Shown here piece by piece: positions 50,992 to 64,000 of a stretch of DNA of 64,000 nucleotides. Every line of letters begins with the position of its first letter. The stretch's first letter is position 1. The notes beneath the pieces are model-generated. The model saw only the letters and a list, made by a program, of their open reading frames with translations. It made no database searches and had not been told where the DNA came from. A program made the translations under genes and the position numbers. Source of the stretch: Camelus dromedarius (lineage: Eukaryota); the NCBI RefSeq assembly GCF_036321535.1, contig NC_087472.1, positions 94,490,001 to 94,554,000 on the forward strand, in the 5' to 3' direction.

Positions 50992-51464
50992 ACAGAGACA
51001 TCTTGTCAGAATACGAATTGTTCCTTCCTAGTCTGGCTTGCACAGTTTTCATGAGTCCCAGGAGATAACTTAGCCGCAGCACAGAATGTTGGCTTGTTTG
51101 TCCTGCCTTCTTTCTAAGGCTAAGTGGAAGGGGGCAGTGCAAGCAGGGCACAAGCGCTGTAGGCACAGGAAACTGACCCGCTGGGCTTCCCCAGTCGGGA
51201 AGGATGGCAGGGATATTTAGGGACTGGGCTTCCCCCAGGCAAAAACAATTTAGCAGTCCTTTTAAAACTATAACAGCACTCTTTCATTTCAAACATAATA
51301 TTGGTGTCTACATTAAAAAGCTGTATTATAATCAAGTTGAATTAGTCCATTTTATATCTCTAAAGACTTTAGTTTTAGTAGATAATCTGGTGACTCCAAA
51401 AGCAAAGCCCTGTTAGAGAGTTGTATTTGTTCCAAGTATCCTAGAACTTTACAGATTTTATTCA

Positions 51465-51602
51465 GAAAAGCAGCTGGACACCATCTGGGATCTTTTTAGA
51501 AGTGCAGAATCTCAAGTCTCACCTGACCTAGGGATCAGAATCTGCATTTTTAACAAGATCACTAGGTGACATGTAAGTGAATTAAAGTCTGAGAAGCATT
51601 GA
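51465..51602. mobile_element. MER5A-like MITE
   Basis: GCAGAATCTCA..ATCAGAATCTGCATTTTTAACAAGATC..AAAGTCTGAGAAGCATTG. Confidence 0.75.
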
Positions 51603-53039
51603 TCTAGACCCCTGCCCCTTGTGTGGATCATGGCCCAGTGACCTCTACCATTACAGTATCGAAGCACAGAACAGTAGGGGAATAATAGTTAAATACTTGG
51701 AGATTAACTAGTAACATCCTTTTTTTTAAGGGTCTTTAAATTGCCATTTTTTTTCATATTTGTCAACCCAATGGTATACATGCAAACTAAACTATTTATA
51801 TTAAATCCATCATAAATTATGTAGACCACTTGGAAAAGAAAAACAATGTTTTCAATTTATGTGCAGATATAGGCATAGAATTTGACTTACGCAAATGGAC
51901 CTTAGAAGTTATATAATCCAGCCCATTCATTTTATCAATAGAGATATTAAATAACTTAAGTCATAGTTAACATTCCCAATGACCAGTTCAGTACTCATTA
52001 CTGCACAATATATAGCCTTTTTCCATGGTTGCATCATTTGAAATATTGCAAAACTCCTCTTACATTCTTAATTGACTAAGTCCCTGAATTAGCTATATGT
52101 AAATGATGATGATTAAATCAACCCCAAGGTTTGGGGGATTATAAATTAACACAGACTTTCTGGAGGATCATATTTACATATGGCATCAAAAGGCTTAAAT
52201 TGAATATTTCTTGGCAAAGCAAGTTGATTATTTGTACTAAACCTTATACTACTAGGTTCTACAATCCTTAGGTTACAGAATAGGAAACCTCACAAAGACT
52301 GCCAAGAGCGCATAATTAGTTAATGTAACTGAGAATTACAATCTGGTCTTAAATAAATACAAAGGAAAATTAAAAACTCAATAATGAATTGGGAAAAGAA
52401 CTTTAGCTGACAGTTCACAAAGGAAAAAATTCAAGCATATGAAATACTAGTAATCAAATACCAAAAATTCCTTTGTCAAATAACAAATTGAAACTATTAA
52501 TTAGTTAATTAATTGGTGAGGATGCTGTGGAACAGGCACTGCCCTGCATGGTGGAAGAAACCAATGATTAAAAATTTCTGGAGAGTTGATTTTTTTTCAA
52601 GCATCAAAATCCTTAAAGAATAGCATGTCTTTTGCCTAATTCTATTTGTAGAGATTTATACTAAATACAGTTGTTTACAAAGAGATGGCATTGAGGTTAA
52701 TTAGAAGAAGTCAATGGTTAAGCAACTTTAATAGCAAAAATACATTCACCAAATAAATTATGATGCATCTTTTATGGATACAACTTGAGCCATTAAACTG
52801 GATTTTTGTACTAAAAAATTATATTGTAAATATTTACGGAAATTTACAAAGAAGGAGCAAAATGTCCCAGACTTTAGATACCAAGGATAAATATGAGCAT
52901 ATATAGTATACATAATCCAGGAGTTAGATTATGGCTGATTTTATTTCCTCTTTTAGACTTTTGGAGACTATCTTGATTTTCAGCAATCAAAATTAGTAAT
53001 AAACTATATTACCTTGTAATAAAACTATATCTATATAAC

Positions 53040-54230
53040 TTTTTGTTTTTTTGTTATAGTTGATTTACAGTATTATATTTCAGGTGTACAACATAGTGTA
53101 CCATTACTACAGAATAATGGCTGTAATTTCCTGTGCTGTACAATATGTCCTTGTTGCTTATCTATTTTATATTTAGCAGTTTATATCCCTTAATCCCCTA
53201 ACCCCTATCTTGCCCCTCCCCACTTTCCTCCACTGGTAAGCAACCATTAGTTTGTTCTCTATACCTGATTCTAATTCTGTTTTGTTATGTACATTTGTCT
53301 GTTTTATTTTTTCGATTCCACGTGTAAGTGGTAATAGTATTTGTCTTTCTCTGTCTGACTTACTTCACTAAGCATAATATCTTCCAGGACCATCCATGTT
53401 CTTGCAAATGGCATAGTTTCATTTTTTTTTTTTAATGAGTGAGTGATATACCATTTTGTGTATGTGTGTATCACTTCTTTATCCATTCATGTGTTGATGG
53501 GTACTTAGCTTGCTTCTATATCTTGGCTATTATAGATAATGCTGCTGTGAACATTGGGGTGTATTTATCTTTTTGAATTAGTGTCTTTGTTTTCTTTGGA
53601 TGTATACGGAGGCTTGGAATTGACAGATCATATGGTAGTTCTATTTTTAGTTTGAATAATCCCTGTGCTATTTTCCACAGTGGCTGTACCAATTTACATT
53701 CCCCCAGCGTTGTACAGGGGTTCCCTTTTCTCCACACACTCGCCAACATTCATTATTTGTGCTCTTTTTAATGATGGCCATTCTGACAGGTGTGAGGTGA
53801 CATCTCATTGTGGTTTTGATTTGTATTTCTCTGATGGTTAGTGATACTGAGCATCTATTCATGTGCTTTTTGGCCATCTGCATATCTTTGGAAAAATGTC
53901 TATTGAGGTCTTCTGCCCATATTTTGATTGGGCATTTTTTTTGATGAGCTGTTTATATATTTGGGTATTAACCCCTTATCAGTCATATCATTTGCAAATA
54001 TTTTCTCCTATTCAGAAGGTTGTCTTCATTTTGTCAACAGTTTTGCTGTGCAAAAGCTTTTAAGTTTAATTAGGTCCAGTTTGTTTATTTTTGCTTTTCT
54101 TTTGTCTTAGGAGACAAATTAAAAAAAAAAAAACTGGTACAATTTATGTAAAGGGATGTACTAAAAATGTTCTCTCTAGGAGTTGTCTGGTTTCAGATCT
54201 TACTTTTAGGTCCTTAATCCATTTTGAGTT
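53040..54230 (-). mobile_element. 5'-truncated L1
   Basis: ORF2 C-terminal peptides on minus ([40 protein letters not shown]); T-tract at left. Confidence 0.9.
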
Positions 54231-54859
54231 GAATGGATATGTATATAAAACAACTTATTTACCAAAGTATATATTTTCAGAAAGATTCCAATAGGAAAAG
54301 GACTCGACAAATATGTTTGAAAGCTTTATATGCATATATGAGAGAAATTGTAAAGAAGGAAGCAGTTTGGAGTTAAAGAAAGAATACTAGCTTTGTTTTT
54401 TTGTATACAAACAAGCCTTGATACTTCAAGTCTACTACTCCAAGTCTTGGCATCTTTGAGTTTTGGTATCTTTCCTCCCTATTAAATTTGAAGTACTTTA
54501 CATGATTCTCAGCAGATTATATAATATAGTCAGGTTTATATTTATAAAATAAAGCAAAAACTAAAATTACCCATGTAGTTAAGTAAACAAAAAAAGTTTA
54601 AGCTATTTGAAAGGAAAACTGCATTTAGTTCAACATAAAAACATCATATATTGTTTAATATGAAAGAAAAATGCTCCTTTTGAGATAGTCCCAGTTTATT
54701 GAGTGTTTTCCACATCCTTGCCTATAAAATTCCATATGCATCTATAATAATAGTGCCTTGGTCTCAAAAAGAGACATGAGAGCAATTTGCAAATGTTTGT
54801 GCCTGTATCTTGATCTGCATCAGTGAAACTCTTAATTTTTAGCTGTGTATATCGTGTAA

Positions 54860-55245
54860 CAGTTATATTTTGCACTTCCCATTGCATTTAAGTGTGGCCA
54901 TGTAATACGCTCTAGACAAGACAATGTATATTAGAGGGGTATGAAAAAATTCTCGGGAATGTCGTTAAAGGGAGAATGCTCCTTTAGAGGAGGAATCCTT
55001 CAGTTTTTCTTTACAATTAGCTGGAAAACAAACATGCTGTTTGGTGTTAGAGCAGCCACCTGACCACAACAAGGAAGTCACATGGAAGGATGGTAGCACA
55101 TCACAATAGCCTTCAGTATCCGCTCTATAATCTTTGGAACAACTGTCTAGGCTATTACTTAAAAGAAAAATAAACTTCTGTCTTGTTTAACCCATTGTTA
55201 TTTTGGATTCTTCGCCATCTGCAGCCAAGCCTAAGTTTACCTGAT
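54860..55245 (+). mobile_element. MLT1J-like MaLR LTR
   Basis: GTGTGGCCATGT..GCAGCCA..GAAAAATAAACTTCTGTCTTGTTTAACCCATTGTTATTTTGG..GCAGCCAAGC. Confidence 0.7.
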
Positions 55246-57311
55246 AGAGTGACCTTTTGGGTTACCTGTACCTTCTTTTGTTTTACTGAAAGGAGGCAGA
55301 AAGCAGCATTTGACTACTCTTTCTAGAAACTCTGTTCAGTCTCTGGAAATTTATATGTCCTATTCCATGGTAGCTTGAGCTTTGTCTTCTATTAGAAGTT
55401 ACTGCTGTTATTTTTTACCTCTTCATAACTTAACTGCAGCTCCTAGACACGGGATTAGACAGATCCTGTCTGAACAGAGTAACAGAGCGAATAGCATTTT
55501 CTAATTTGCTGATAGAACTTTCCTTCCAGCTTACAAAAATAGGTCTCAAGGGTAGTGAGTAAAAACAGCTATAGTTCAAGAGAGTGCTTTTTACAAGGCT
55601 TTATACACATTCAGCATTATTAATTTGTGTAGTATCTACCTTGATACTAATTGATAGATACGGGGTGGGGGGGACAGTTAAAACTCCCGAGTAAGCAAAA
55701 TAAAACTAAATTGAGTTTTGTAATATATGGAGATGTTAAGCTGTAATGATTTAACACTTAAAACAAATCACCTGCTTAGAAAATATTCTTCAGCCTATTA
55801 AATACTGGTCTCTGAAACTAATTGAGACTTACACTGCTGTGAAAATATGGAGATATTTTAATGCACTTTTAACTATATATGTACTTAGTGATGATTAATT
55901 TCATCTTCTTCTTTGCACGATTTTTCTTCATTAAATCAATTATCTGTGATAACAGTCTGAAAATAGGTCAAAGTGAAAGAAATACTGATTTTGCATCATA
56001 TTAAAATAATGTAGGCAGTATATGTTACATTAATGTTGAAATCTGAATTATATATATATATAAATATTTATTTTAATGAGGAAGCATTTATTTTATTCCC
56101 AATACCTGAAAATTGGGAGTGTCTATTTTCTACTTCTGCATCTTTATTCTGCACTACAACTCTTCAGAATTTAAAATGAAAATAAAATTAGTGTATTATT
56201 GTATTAGTAAAATAAACTTGATAATGGGGGGGACAGAGAAAAAGACTTTAAAATGATAAAATATTCATTTATTTTTAGCTATGAGTCCTAACTACATACT
56301 TGTAGGTATAAATATGACACCTATTCCTCTTTCTTAGCAGTAATATAAGAATTAAGAATAAATACTATTGTTACTGGACATTGAGTCACAAATACTTGGT
56401 TAGTTTATTAGCTGCTGAATAAGAAATTCTTCTTTTTTTACCGAATGCCTTACAACAAACACAAATTAACAAGCAGTTCTTACCCTATATTCTTTTGTCC
56501 CCAAAGAGCCTTTTGAATGTTGCTTTTAGATAACAGTCACAGAGACTCACAGCTGTTAGACAGTCTATGGTTCCCCAGGGATATGCTCGTAGGTACATCC
56601 AGGCATATTGTTTGCTTTTTGATACATTTGATAAAATTCTTCTATATTTTCCACCAGCCCTCCTTTTGTGAAAAAGATGAGAAGAAAAAAAAATATATAT
56701 ATACACAATTGATTTTTTAAGCAAAGTGAACTTTAATAGTGTAGTTAGTCCACCAAAGAAGATTTGAGAAGGAGCTATAAACTTCGGCCCTTGCCTATTT
56801 ATTTAGCTGTAATACTTCAAATGAACCAAGAATGTTCCACTCTACAGGCCTATTTATTGGCTGCAACAGTTTAGGTTGAAAATGTGAAAATGATACCAAA
56901 CATGCTCTAATAGATTTCAGTTTGGTCAATGCAGAGATTGCCTACGAAAACCACAACTTTATTTGGAAAACAAGATGTTCAGTTACAAGAGATGGAACAT
57001 AAGAAAACTAACTCTTCTGGCATTCCCTGATTCTCTTCAACAGAGAACTAATGGTGTTTTATAGTATTTAAAAATGTATGTTTATTATACTGTATTTCAT
57101 GATTCTTATACAAAAATTAGCTTATAGCATAAGAAAGAAAGGAAAAAATTCACACAAGATACAACTACTCGTATCATCACTGTACTATTTGGAACATTTA
57201 AAAAAATACATATACATGTATAGTTAAATGATTATGGATTTTCATGTTCTTTGCATACATACCACAATCAGTATCACTAAGTACGTATCTAAAGAATCTT
57301 TTTAATGGCTC

Positions 57312-58230
57312 CCAGTGATGGTGCCGGCTGAGACACTCTGGGCAAGAAATAAAGTCCCATACCCAGAATACATGTTTATACCTGAATGACTATACCACCG
57401 GGCTTTTCAGGAGTCTCCACAAGGAATACGAGGGAATTGGATTCTCTTGCTGGCATTCAGAGGCAATCATAGCTAGATTAGAATTCGTAAGTAGGGAGAC
57501 ATGTTGTTGAGCCCATGCTACTCTGTCTCTGTGACCACGACCATTCCATTTATGTGCTTATCATAACAGTTCTGGGATGGCCAGTGTTGAAATTTGGCTG
57601 GTATCAACTGGCCAAGTAATTCTGTCTGTATGGTTGTTTAGTTTCTCTTCAATGGAAGATGCTTTCTGGATGATATTAACACGTGATACCAAGATACTCT
57701 TTTTTACTTCTCATTTTCATGACTATCCACATCCCTTTATGTCAGACTGCCTTGTCTCCACTTTCCCAGTCTTTCTTCTTCCAAGGCTCTGATCAGCTGA
57801 CCAGGCCTTTTGCCACCATCTCTGAATGCAGAGTCTTACTTGTGGTCATTTCTTATGTTACATGAGGTGAATGACTAGGTGAATCGTTCTCAGTTCTACT
57901 CAGTGAGATTTTCCCTCCCTGCCCTTTTAGGGTCATTGCTGAGAGTGCCTGTAATACAGCCATTGTCGCTTTCCAGAATTGTCCCACATTCTGAGCTGAC
58001 ATCAGTAGAGCATGCCCAGGCGTTTTTTCTTTCAGCTAGTCATTCAAGGCCTCTTACACAGGTATAGATGTGAGCTGAAAAAAGACCAATATGGCAGTGA
58101 CAGGGAGTGACATAAGGTTCTGAGTTACTTCTTTTCTGGTAGTGAGTGTGAACTCACCTCAAAAGCTGAGTTAGACCCTAAGGGAGCTTACAGCTTGAGA
58201 CTGTCTGTTAACCACAGTCCTTCCTGCAAA
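57312..58230 (-). mobile_element. ERVL/MaLR internal-region fragment
   Basis: CCCATACCCAGAATACATG and GTTCTGGGATGGCCAGTG motifs; family tentative. Confidence 0.5.
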
Positions 58231-58639
58231 TCTTTTCATAAATCTAGGCTAATTTCATTTTTTTTCTTTCAGACTACATTTCTTTATTTTTATTGAAGTA
58301 TAGTTAGTTCACAATGTTGTTAATTTCTGGTGTACAGCACAGTGATTCAGTTATGTATATATCAGACTAAAGTTAGAATCAGTTTCCCCAAACAAGATAG
58401 TTTTTCTTTACATTCATTTTATCTACAAGTCCGTATACATTTGGTAACATTCTACGATATATACCCATTTCTTTTGATATTAAATTAAGTACATTTGGTT
58501 TTTTTTTTTTTTTTTTTTTTTTTGCTTTGTTGCCTCTGAATACTAAAGGAATAGTTGATAGTTGTTCATGTTCTAAATGCGTTTGTCACCCTAGAAAACT
58601 AACGGTCATTTGTTGAGAAAGCTCGGTCTAATTCAGAAG

Positions 58640-58845
58640 TCAGCTACCTAAGGCAAATAGGCCAAATCCTGCCTGCTGCTTGTTTTTGTAAAACAATTTG
58701 TAAACACAGCCACACTCATTGATTTACATATTTCTTCTGACTGCATTCTTGCTACGATGACAGATTTCAGTAGTTGTGTAGTACGACCTGCAAAGCTTAA
58801 AATACTTATTCTGTGACCTTTTACAGAAAAAGTTGGCCAATTGTG
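58640..58845. mobile_element. MER58A-like hAT MITE
   Basis: GGCCAAATCC..TGTTTTTGTAAA..ACACAGCCACACTCATT..CCTGCAAAGC..CCTTTTACAGAAAAGTTGGCCAA. Confidence 0.8.
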
Positions 58846-59389
58846 TATCTGTTGATCTATTAAAATTTTTTTCCTGTAGTTTTCAAAGATGTAATGTTTC
58901 TCTGTTTTCTAATGAACTCATACTAATTATTTTTATATTTTCTTGGTTTTATTTAATCATTGCTTTTCTAACTTGGAGTATTTTTTTTTTTACTTTTTAT
59001 TATGATTTATGCATAACCATGTACAATTTCTATTTTAATTTCTTATTTGCTCCAAAATATTTTTGGAAAAGTGTTTTCCCTCAAATATTTTGATTTTTAA
59101 AGTTAAAATGTTGTTTTTAATTTCTAGTTTTACTAAACTGTGCTCCAACAATGATACCTGTATAAAATCCACATTTGAAAGTGAGTTTTATTTGTGGTCT
59201 ATGATGTCATTTTAGGAAAATTCTAAGAAGATTTGACAAGATTTTGAAGTCCCCGGAAGGGACAAATTTAGAAGTACGTCTATTCAGTTACTCTCTTTGA
59301 CTCCTTTAATTGCCAAAGCCTGTGAGATACATTTTAAACATTTCCTCAAGCTAAAACTGGACCTTTTGAAATGAACTAAAGCTTTGTTG

Positions 59390-60238
59390 GACTGAGTAAA
59401 ACAACTTTATTGGATTAGGAATGGGGAAAGAAAATGATAGAAAAGACCACATGTTCCCAAATCCATGCGAAGGGAAATGCATGTAGATGGCATGCCAGTG
59501 GTCTCTTTTTTTCTCCACTAATGGGGATGGGAAAGGCCCCCCAGGAGGGTGGATTCAGTCAGTGGATGCATAAGGCCTGGGCTCATGGGGGTAGGTTAAG
59601 GCACATTGATCTTCTTAGGATTCTGGGGCTCCTTCTTTGGGGAAGGGAGAGAGCATCTTGAGGGGGGAGCAATTTGAGGAGCAGCGAGGAAGAGGGTTGG
59701 GATGGGTGAGAGCTCCTAAACTGAGAGAAGGCACCACAGTAGGCAGAAACATCTGTGTGGAAAGCTGGATCAACTGGTCAGTAGGGGAAAGTAGGGAGGA
59801 GGCACCGGCTTGGCTTATAGGGGAGGGTTCCAACCTTGGCCTGGGTGAGCTCTCGAGAATACCTGGTGTTCCCAAGCAGAGTGGGGCAGGACCCACTGCC
59901 CCTTTCCCTGTGCTCCTCTTTAAGGAGAGAAAGGCATTCTGAGAGCTACCTGGCAAGAGTGTGCCCGTCGACTGCACTCTGGGCACCGTAATTGTCGAAC
60001 ACTGTGGGTATGTGCTCCTTGGGGAAGGCTCTGGTTGTGCAGCAGGTGAGCAGGCACGTCTTGCCCACAGCCCCATTGCCCACCACCACACACCTGATCC
60101 TCTGCATCGTGGGTGCAGCTGCTGTGGTGGAGGCAACGCCTCCTTCCCCTTCTGGGCCCTTCTGGATGTGATGACCTGGTGCCCTTCCCACCGCAGGGGA
60201 GCTGGGGGTGGTGGCAGTGGCTCCGGGCTTGAGAAGCC
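59390..60238 (-). pseudogene. RHOG: RHOG processed pseudogene, internally deleted (5'UTR, codons 1-50, then 3'UTR)
   Basis: ATG at 60107 gives [50 protein letters not shown], 41/50 identical to recalled RhoG ([22 protein letters not shown] is RhoG-diagnostic versus Rac/Cdc42). Stop after 53 aa. UTRs resemble recalled RHOG mRNA. AATAAA on minus at 59406-59411. Confidence 0.92.
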
Positions 60239-60609
60239 AATGGACTCTTGACTGTTCCTCTTAGAGTTTTAGGATCAGAAACCTGCCATTCACAGTGCCA
60301 TTAGGGCACCAGTCTGGCAAGATAATAGAGTTCTGTTTCTGATTATGATATCCTTGCATGAATAGAAAACGTAGATCCTAGTAATGAATCTTTGAACCTA
60401 TCGTCTAGTCTTAAATATATTTGCATTGACCCTCTGATTTTTCCCCATTTGATTTAAATACATGGCAATGAGTTCAGAACCAGCAGTTAATTTAAATCTA
60501 TGACATGAAATAAAGACTAGGCTGGGGAACCATTTCTTTTCAATTTCTTCTCTAAGCAACATAAAAAGGCTATTCTCCTGAACATAAATTATTGTATCTG
60601 TTGAGTCTA

Positions 60610-61203
60610 TTATATATATACCACAACTTCTTTATCCAGTCATCTGTCAATGGACGTTTAGGTTGTTACCATGTCTTGGCTATTGTAAATAGTGCAGCTG
60701 TGAGCATTGGGGTTGCATGTAGTTTTTCAAATTAGAATTCTCTCTGGATATATGCCCAGGAGACAGATTCCTGGGTCATATGATAAGTCTATTCCTAGTC
60801 TTTTGAGGAATCTCCATCCTGTCTTCCACAGTGGCTGCACCAAACTGCATTCCCACCAGCAGTGTAGGAGGGTTCCCTTTTCTCCACAGCCTCTCCAGCA
60901 TTTGTCATTTGTGGACTTTTGAATGATGGCCATTCTGACTGGTGTGAGGGGATACCTCATTGTAGTTTTGATTTGCATTTCTCTGATAATTAGTGATACT
61001 GAGCATTTTTTCATGTGCCTATTGATCATTTGTATTTCTTCCTTGGAGAATTGCTTGTTTAGGTCTTTTGCTCATTTTTGGATTGGGTTGTTTGTTGTTA
61101 TTGTTAAGTTGTATGAGCTGTTTATATTTCCTGGAAATTAAGCCCTTGGCAATCTCATCTTTTGCAAATATTTTCTCCCATTCCATAGGTTGTCTTTTTG
61201 TCA
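60610..61203 (-). mobile_element. L1 internal fragment lacking 3'UTR end and poly(A)
   Basis: ORF2 C-terminal peptides ([39 protein letters not shown]); flanked by exact TTGAGTCTA. Confidence 0.88.
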
Positions 61204-62141
61204 TTGAGTCTAGTTTCTGCAACATAAGAGTTTTATGAATTCTTGGATAATCAGCTAAAGATAATTATTTACCTTCTGTAGACAGTGGAAAACTAAGATT
61301 TCATATAGGTACCCCGAAAAAAGTTGTATCTTTTTGAAGCAGTAGTATCGAATTTACATATTAGTGTTTATAAAATCAATATGTAACACCCAAGAACCAC
61401 ACTACTTTCGTGAATCTATCTTTTGGAATGAAATACAATGAGCATGATGTAGAATTGGTGTCACAAAGATGAACTTGCTTTTAGTTAAGGAAAACTGCAA
61501 CCATGGATGTTGGAAATAAATTTATTCTCAAAATGCCCGATAGTAAATTACTTTCCTCATTTTAATAGAGCTGGCAAGGCTTGCTTCCATTTCAGAAAGA
61601 GTTTCAAATTCCCTTTCTTCGGGAGGATAAAGTATTGAATCACCATTTATTTTTATTTGAAATCAGTACATGATAATCCTATGTAATATGGAAAGGTAAT
61701 TAAGAGGGAAAATATGCCAAAAATCGGTACAAACTGGCACTACTGCCAGTAGAAGACAGATGCAATGCAAAATATTTTTATTATTTAAAAAAGTGGAAAA
61801 TAGGATTCAAAGTAAGCCTATGGAAAACTGCCACAAATCAACATTTGAAGAAATAATTCATATTTCAGGACGTCTAGCATCTCCTTAACGTCTTGCAGTG
61901 ATCTATCAGCTAGTCCTACAAAATACCAGCAGTAAGTCACAGGGCTGTTCAGTGTCTATTAACTTAACTTTTAGAATGATCTTTTAAAAAAGGAAATGTG
62001 GTATATTTTTCAAATTAGTGCTTCACAATTCATCATAATTAGGCACAGCAGCCTTTTCAAAATCTGTTTTAGCGTTTGATTTCGTTTAACAACACAGTTG
62101 GTAAAAGTGGTCATTTTCCTTTCCCTTTGTGTACGGGAGCA

Positions 62142-64000
62142 CAGTTGACCCTGGAACAACTTTCCCCGCCCCCCGGGAAGTGGAAAACTTTTGACTCCTC
62201 AAAAACTTAGCTATTGACTGGAATTCTTAATGATAACATCAACAGTCAATTAACACGTATTTTGCATCTCATATGTATTATGTACTGTATTCTTACAGTA
62301 AATTAATCTAGAGAATAAATATTAATAAACTCAGAAAGGAGAGAAAATACATTTACAGTATTGTACTCTATTTATGATACTGTAAGTTGATGTCATCTGT
62401 TGATGAATTATCTGTCAGTACCTACATCAGTGTTGCCTTTTACAAAACACTGTAGATATTTAATAACACTAGACATCAAAAATGAACAGATAATGTGAAA
62501 GAAGTTAATATTTACAGGAATAACCATTCGTATGTTGACAATGAGGAAGCTGCAGTATGATCACTTTATGGTAGCCTAGTGGGACCGATGCTTTTGCCTC
62601 ACGGTAGCCCAGCATATATACTAATGAATGAATCATGCAGTTTTTATGGCCTGCAGTATTAGAAACATTGTTACTTAAAAAAATGCTTACCTGTGATGAT
62701 AGGCTCATAGCCAGCTTCTCCAATTACAAGAGCAAGGTATACTGTCCAGTAATACAATTCTGGCACTGGCCTGGGGCCACTCATCTCCATTAAGTCATCT
62801 TCTGTTAATTCCTTTGGTGTGGTATCTATTTGCTCTTGAATTTCTCCATGATCCATGTCTTGGAACCCTTCACTCACCCCCACTCAACCCCCACACACCT
62901 TTTTTTTTGCACCCTGTATACAATCTCTTTCATGATTTCCTTGATGTGCTCTGTTACACATCCTGTGACTTCATGCACAACATGTAGACATAGCTTTCTT
63001 CAGCAATCTGTTGTTTTGGGCTTGATGGCTTTTTCTGTAGCAACTACAGCATCTTCAATAGCATTATCATTTGAGACTTTTAGGATCTCTCTATTGGGTT
63101 TCTTTTCCACAGCTTTGACAGTCCCTTTTATTGAGTACCATGTGTAATGAGCCTTAAAGGTCCTTATAATCCTCTGATCTACAGGCTGATTTAGAGACGT
63201 TGTGTTTGGGGATAAGCAGACCATTTGGATTCCTTCAGTGTTGAACTCATGGAGTTCTGGGTGGCCAGGGACATGTCTAATATCAAAAGAACTTTAAAAG
63301 GCAGTCCCTTACTGGTAGAGCACTTCCTGACTTCAGGGACAGAACACCAATAGAACCAATCAAGAAAGAGTTCTTGTCCCTGCCTTCTTGTTGTTCAACC
63401 AAAAGACTGGCAGCTGGTGTTTATCTTTTCGCTTCAAGGCTCAGAGGTTAGAGCTTTATAGGTAAGAACAGACCCGATCACAAACAACATTTGCATAAAA
63501 TCATGGGGTTAACCTACCCCTTTCGGCCTTAAATCTCTTCTTTACTAATAAATGTCCTTTTTATGCATTTTCTCCCAGACTAGGGCATTTTCATCTGCAT
63601 TAAAAACATGTTCAGGCCGATACCCTTTCTCCTCAGTGATTTTTGTAATGACATGTGGGGACTCTTGGTCAGCAGGAGCTGCTCCTTCTACTATCTTGCC
63701 ATTTTTTAAGCCAAACCTCTTCTTAAAATTATCAGACCATCCTTTGCGGGCGTTCAGTTCTCCAGCTTTAGATCCTTCACCTTCCTTTTGTTTTAGGCTG
63801 TCATGTAATGACTTTGCTTTTTCTCGAGGAGTGTTAGAGAGCGTATAGGTATGGCTTTCTGACGGTAACGCTGCACTCACATAGAAGCTTCATTTTCAGT
63901 AGGAAGTAAGCAGGTATTTCTTGCAAAAAGTTCAGAGTATAACTACAGCACTGGTTCACAAATTTCCTTTGCTTTTTTTTTTTTTTTAAACAATGGTCTT
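62142..64000 (-). mobile_element. Tigger2 (TcMar-pogo) DNA transposon with fragmented transposase, runs off the window
   Basis: TIR CAGTTGACCCTGGAACAAC; transposase peptides VFNADENAL, SPNTTSLNQPVDQRIIRTFKAHYT and ARKGWSDNFKKRFGL on minus. Confidence 0.88.

Noticed and set aside
56915..57065. Possible terminal exon after GATTTCAG
   Set aside because: Short open frames only, weak pyrimidine tract, nothing recognisable.
59615..60136. 173-aa minus-strand ORF, the longest in the window
   Set aside because: Alternative frame across the GC-rich RHOG retrocopy and its UTR; Pro/Ser-rich with no recognisable domain.
59946..60191. Functional small GTPase gene
   Set aside because: Truncated at codon 53, lacks DTAG, the later G boxes and CAAX, and has substitutions at conserved sites (D11N, Y32H).
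438..61225. Many 60-100 aa ORFs with WMDLE, CWWEC or REMQIKTT motifs
   Set aside because: Fragments of L1 ORF2 C-terminus or antisense readings of it.
1..64000. CRISPR arrays, operons or prokaryote-type systems
   Set aside because: The sequence is mammalian repeat-rich DNA with no regularly spaced repeat-spacer array and no gene-dense region.

Overview
AT-rich mammalian nuclear DNA, intronic or intergenic, most likely camelid (inferred from six copies of a tRNA-derived SINE of the Vic-1 type and a young L1 3' end that recurs across the window). I cannot support any intact protein-coding gene or any novel multi-gene system. The window is dominated by transposon fossils: L1 fragments (nested, 5'-inverted, 3'-truncated), a dense cluster of solo ERV LTRs at about 11.4-21.2 kb, MaLR, L2/MIR, hAT-Charlie elements and a Tigger2 with degenerate transposase at the right edge. 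The only recognisable host-gene sequence is a RHOG processed pseudogene (minus strand, about 59.4-60.24 kb) with a large internal deletion. The most interesting observations are two short local duplications (about 110 bp, 1.4 and 2.2 kb apart; one has junctions typical of templated repair), several non-canonical retrotransposition products, two CpG-retaining non-repeat patches with splice or promoter-like motifs, and a few isolated exon candidates. Repeat family names come from recalled consensus sequences, and boundaries are approximate unless a TSD is given.
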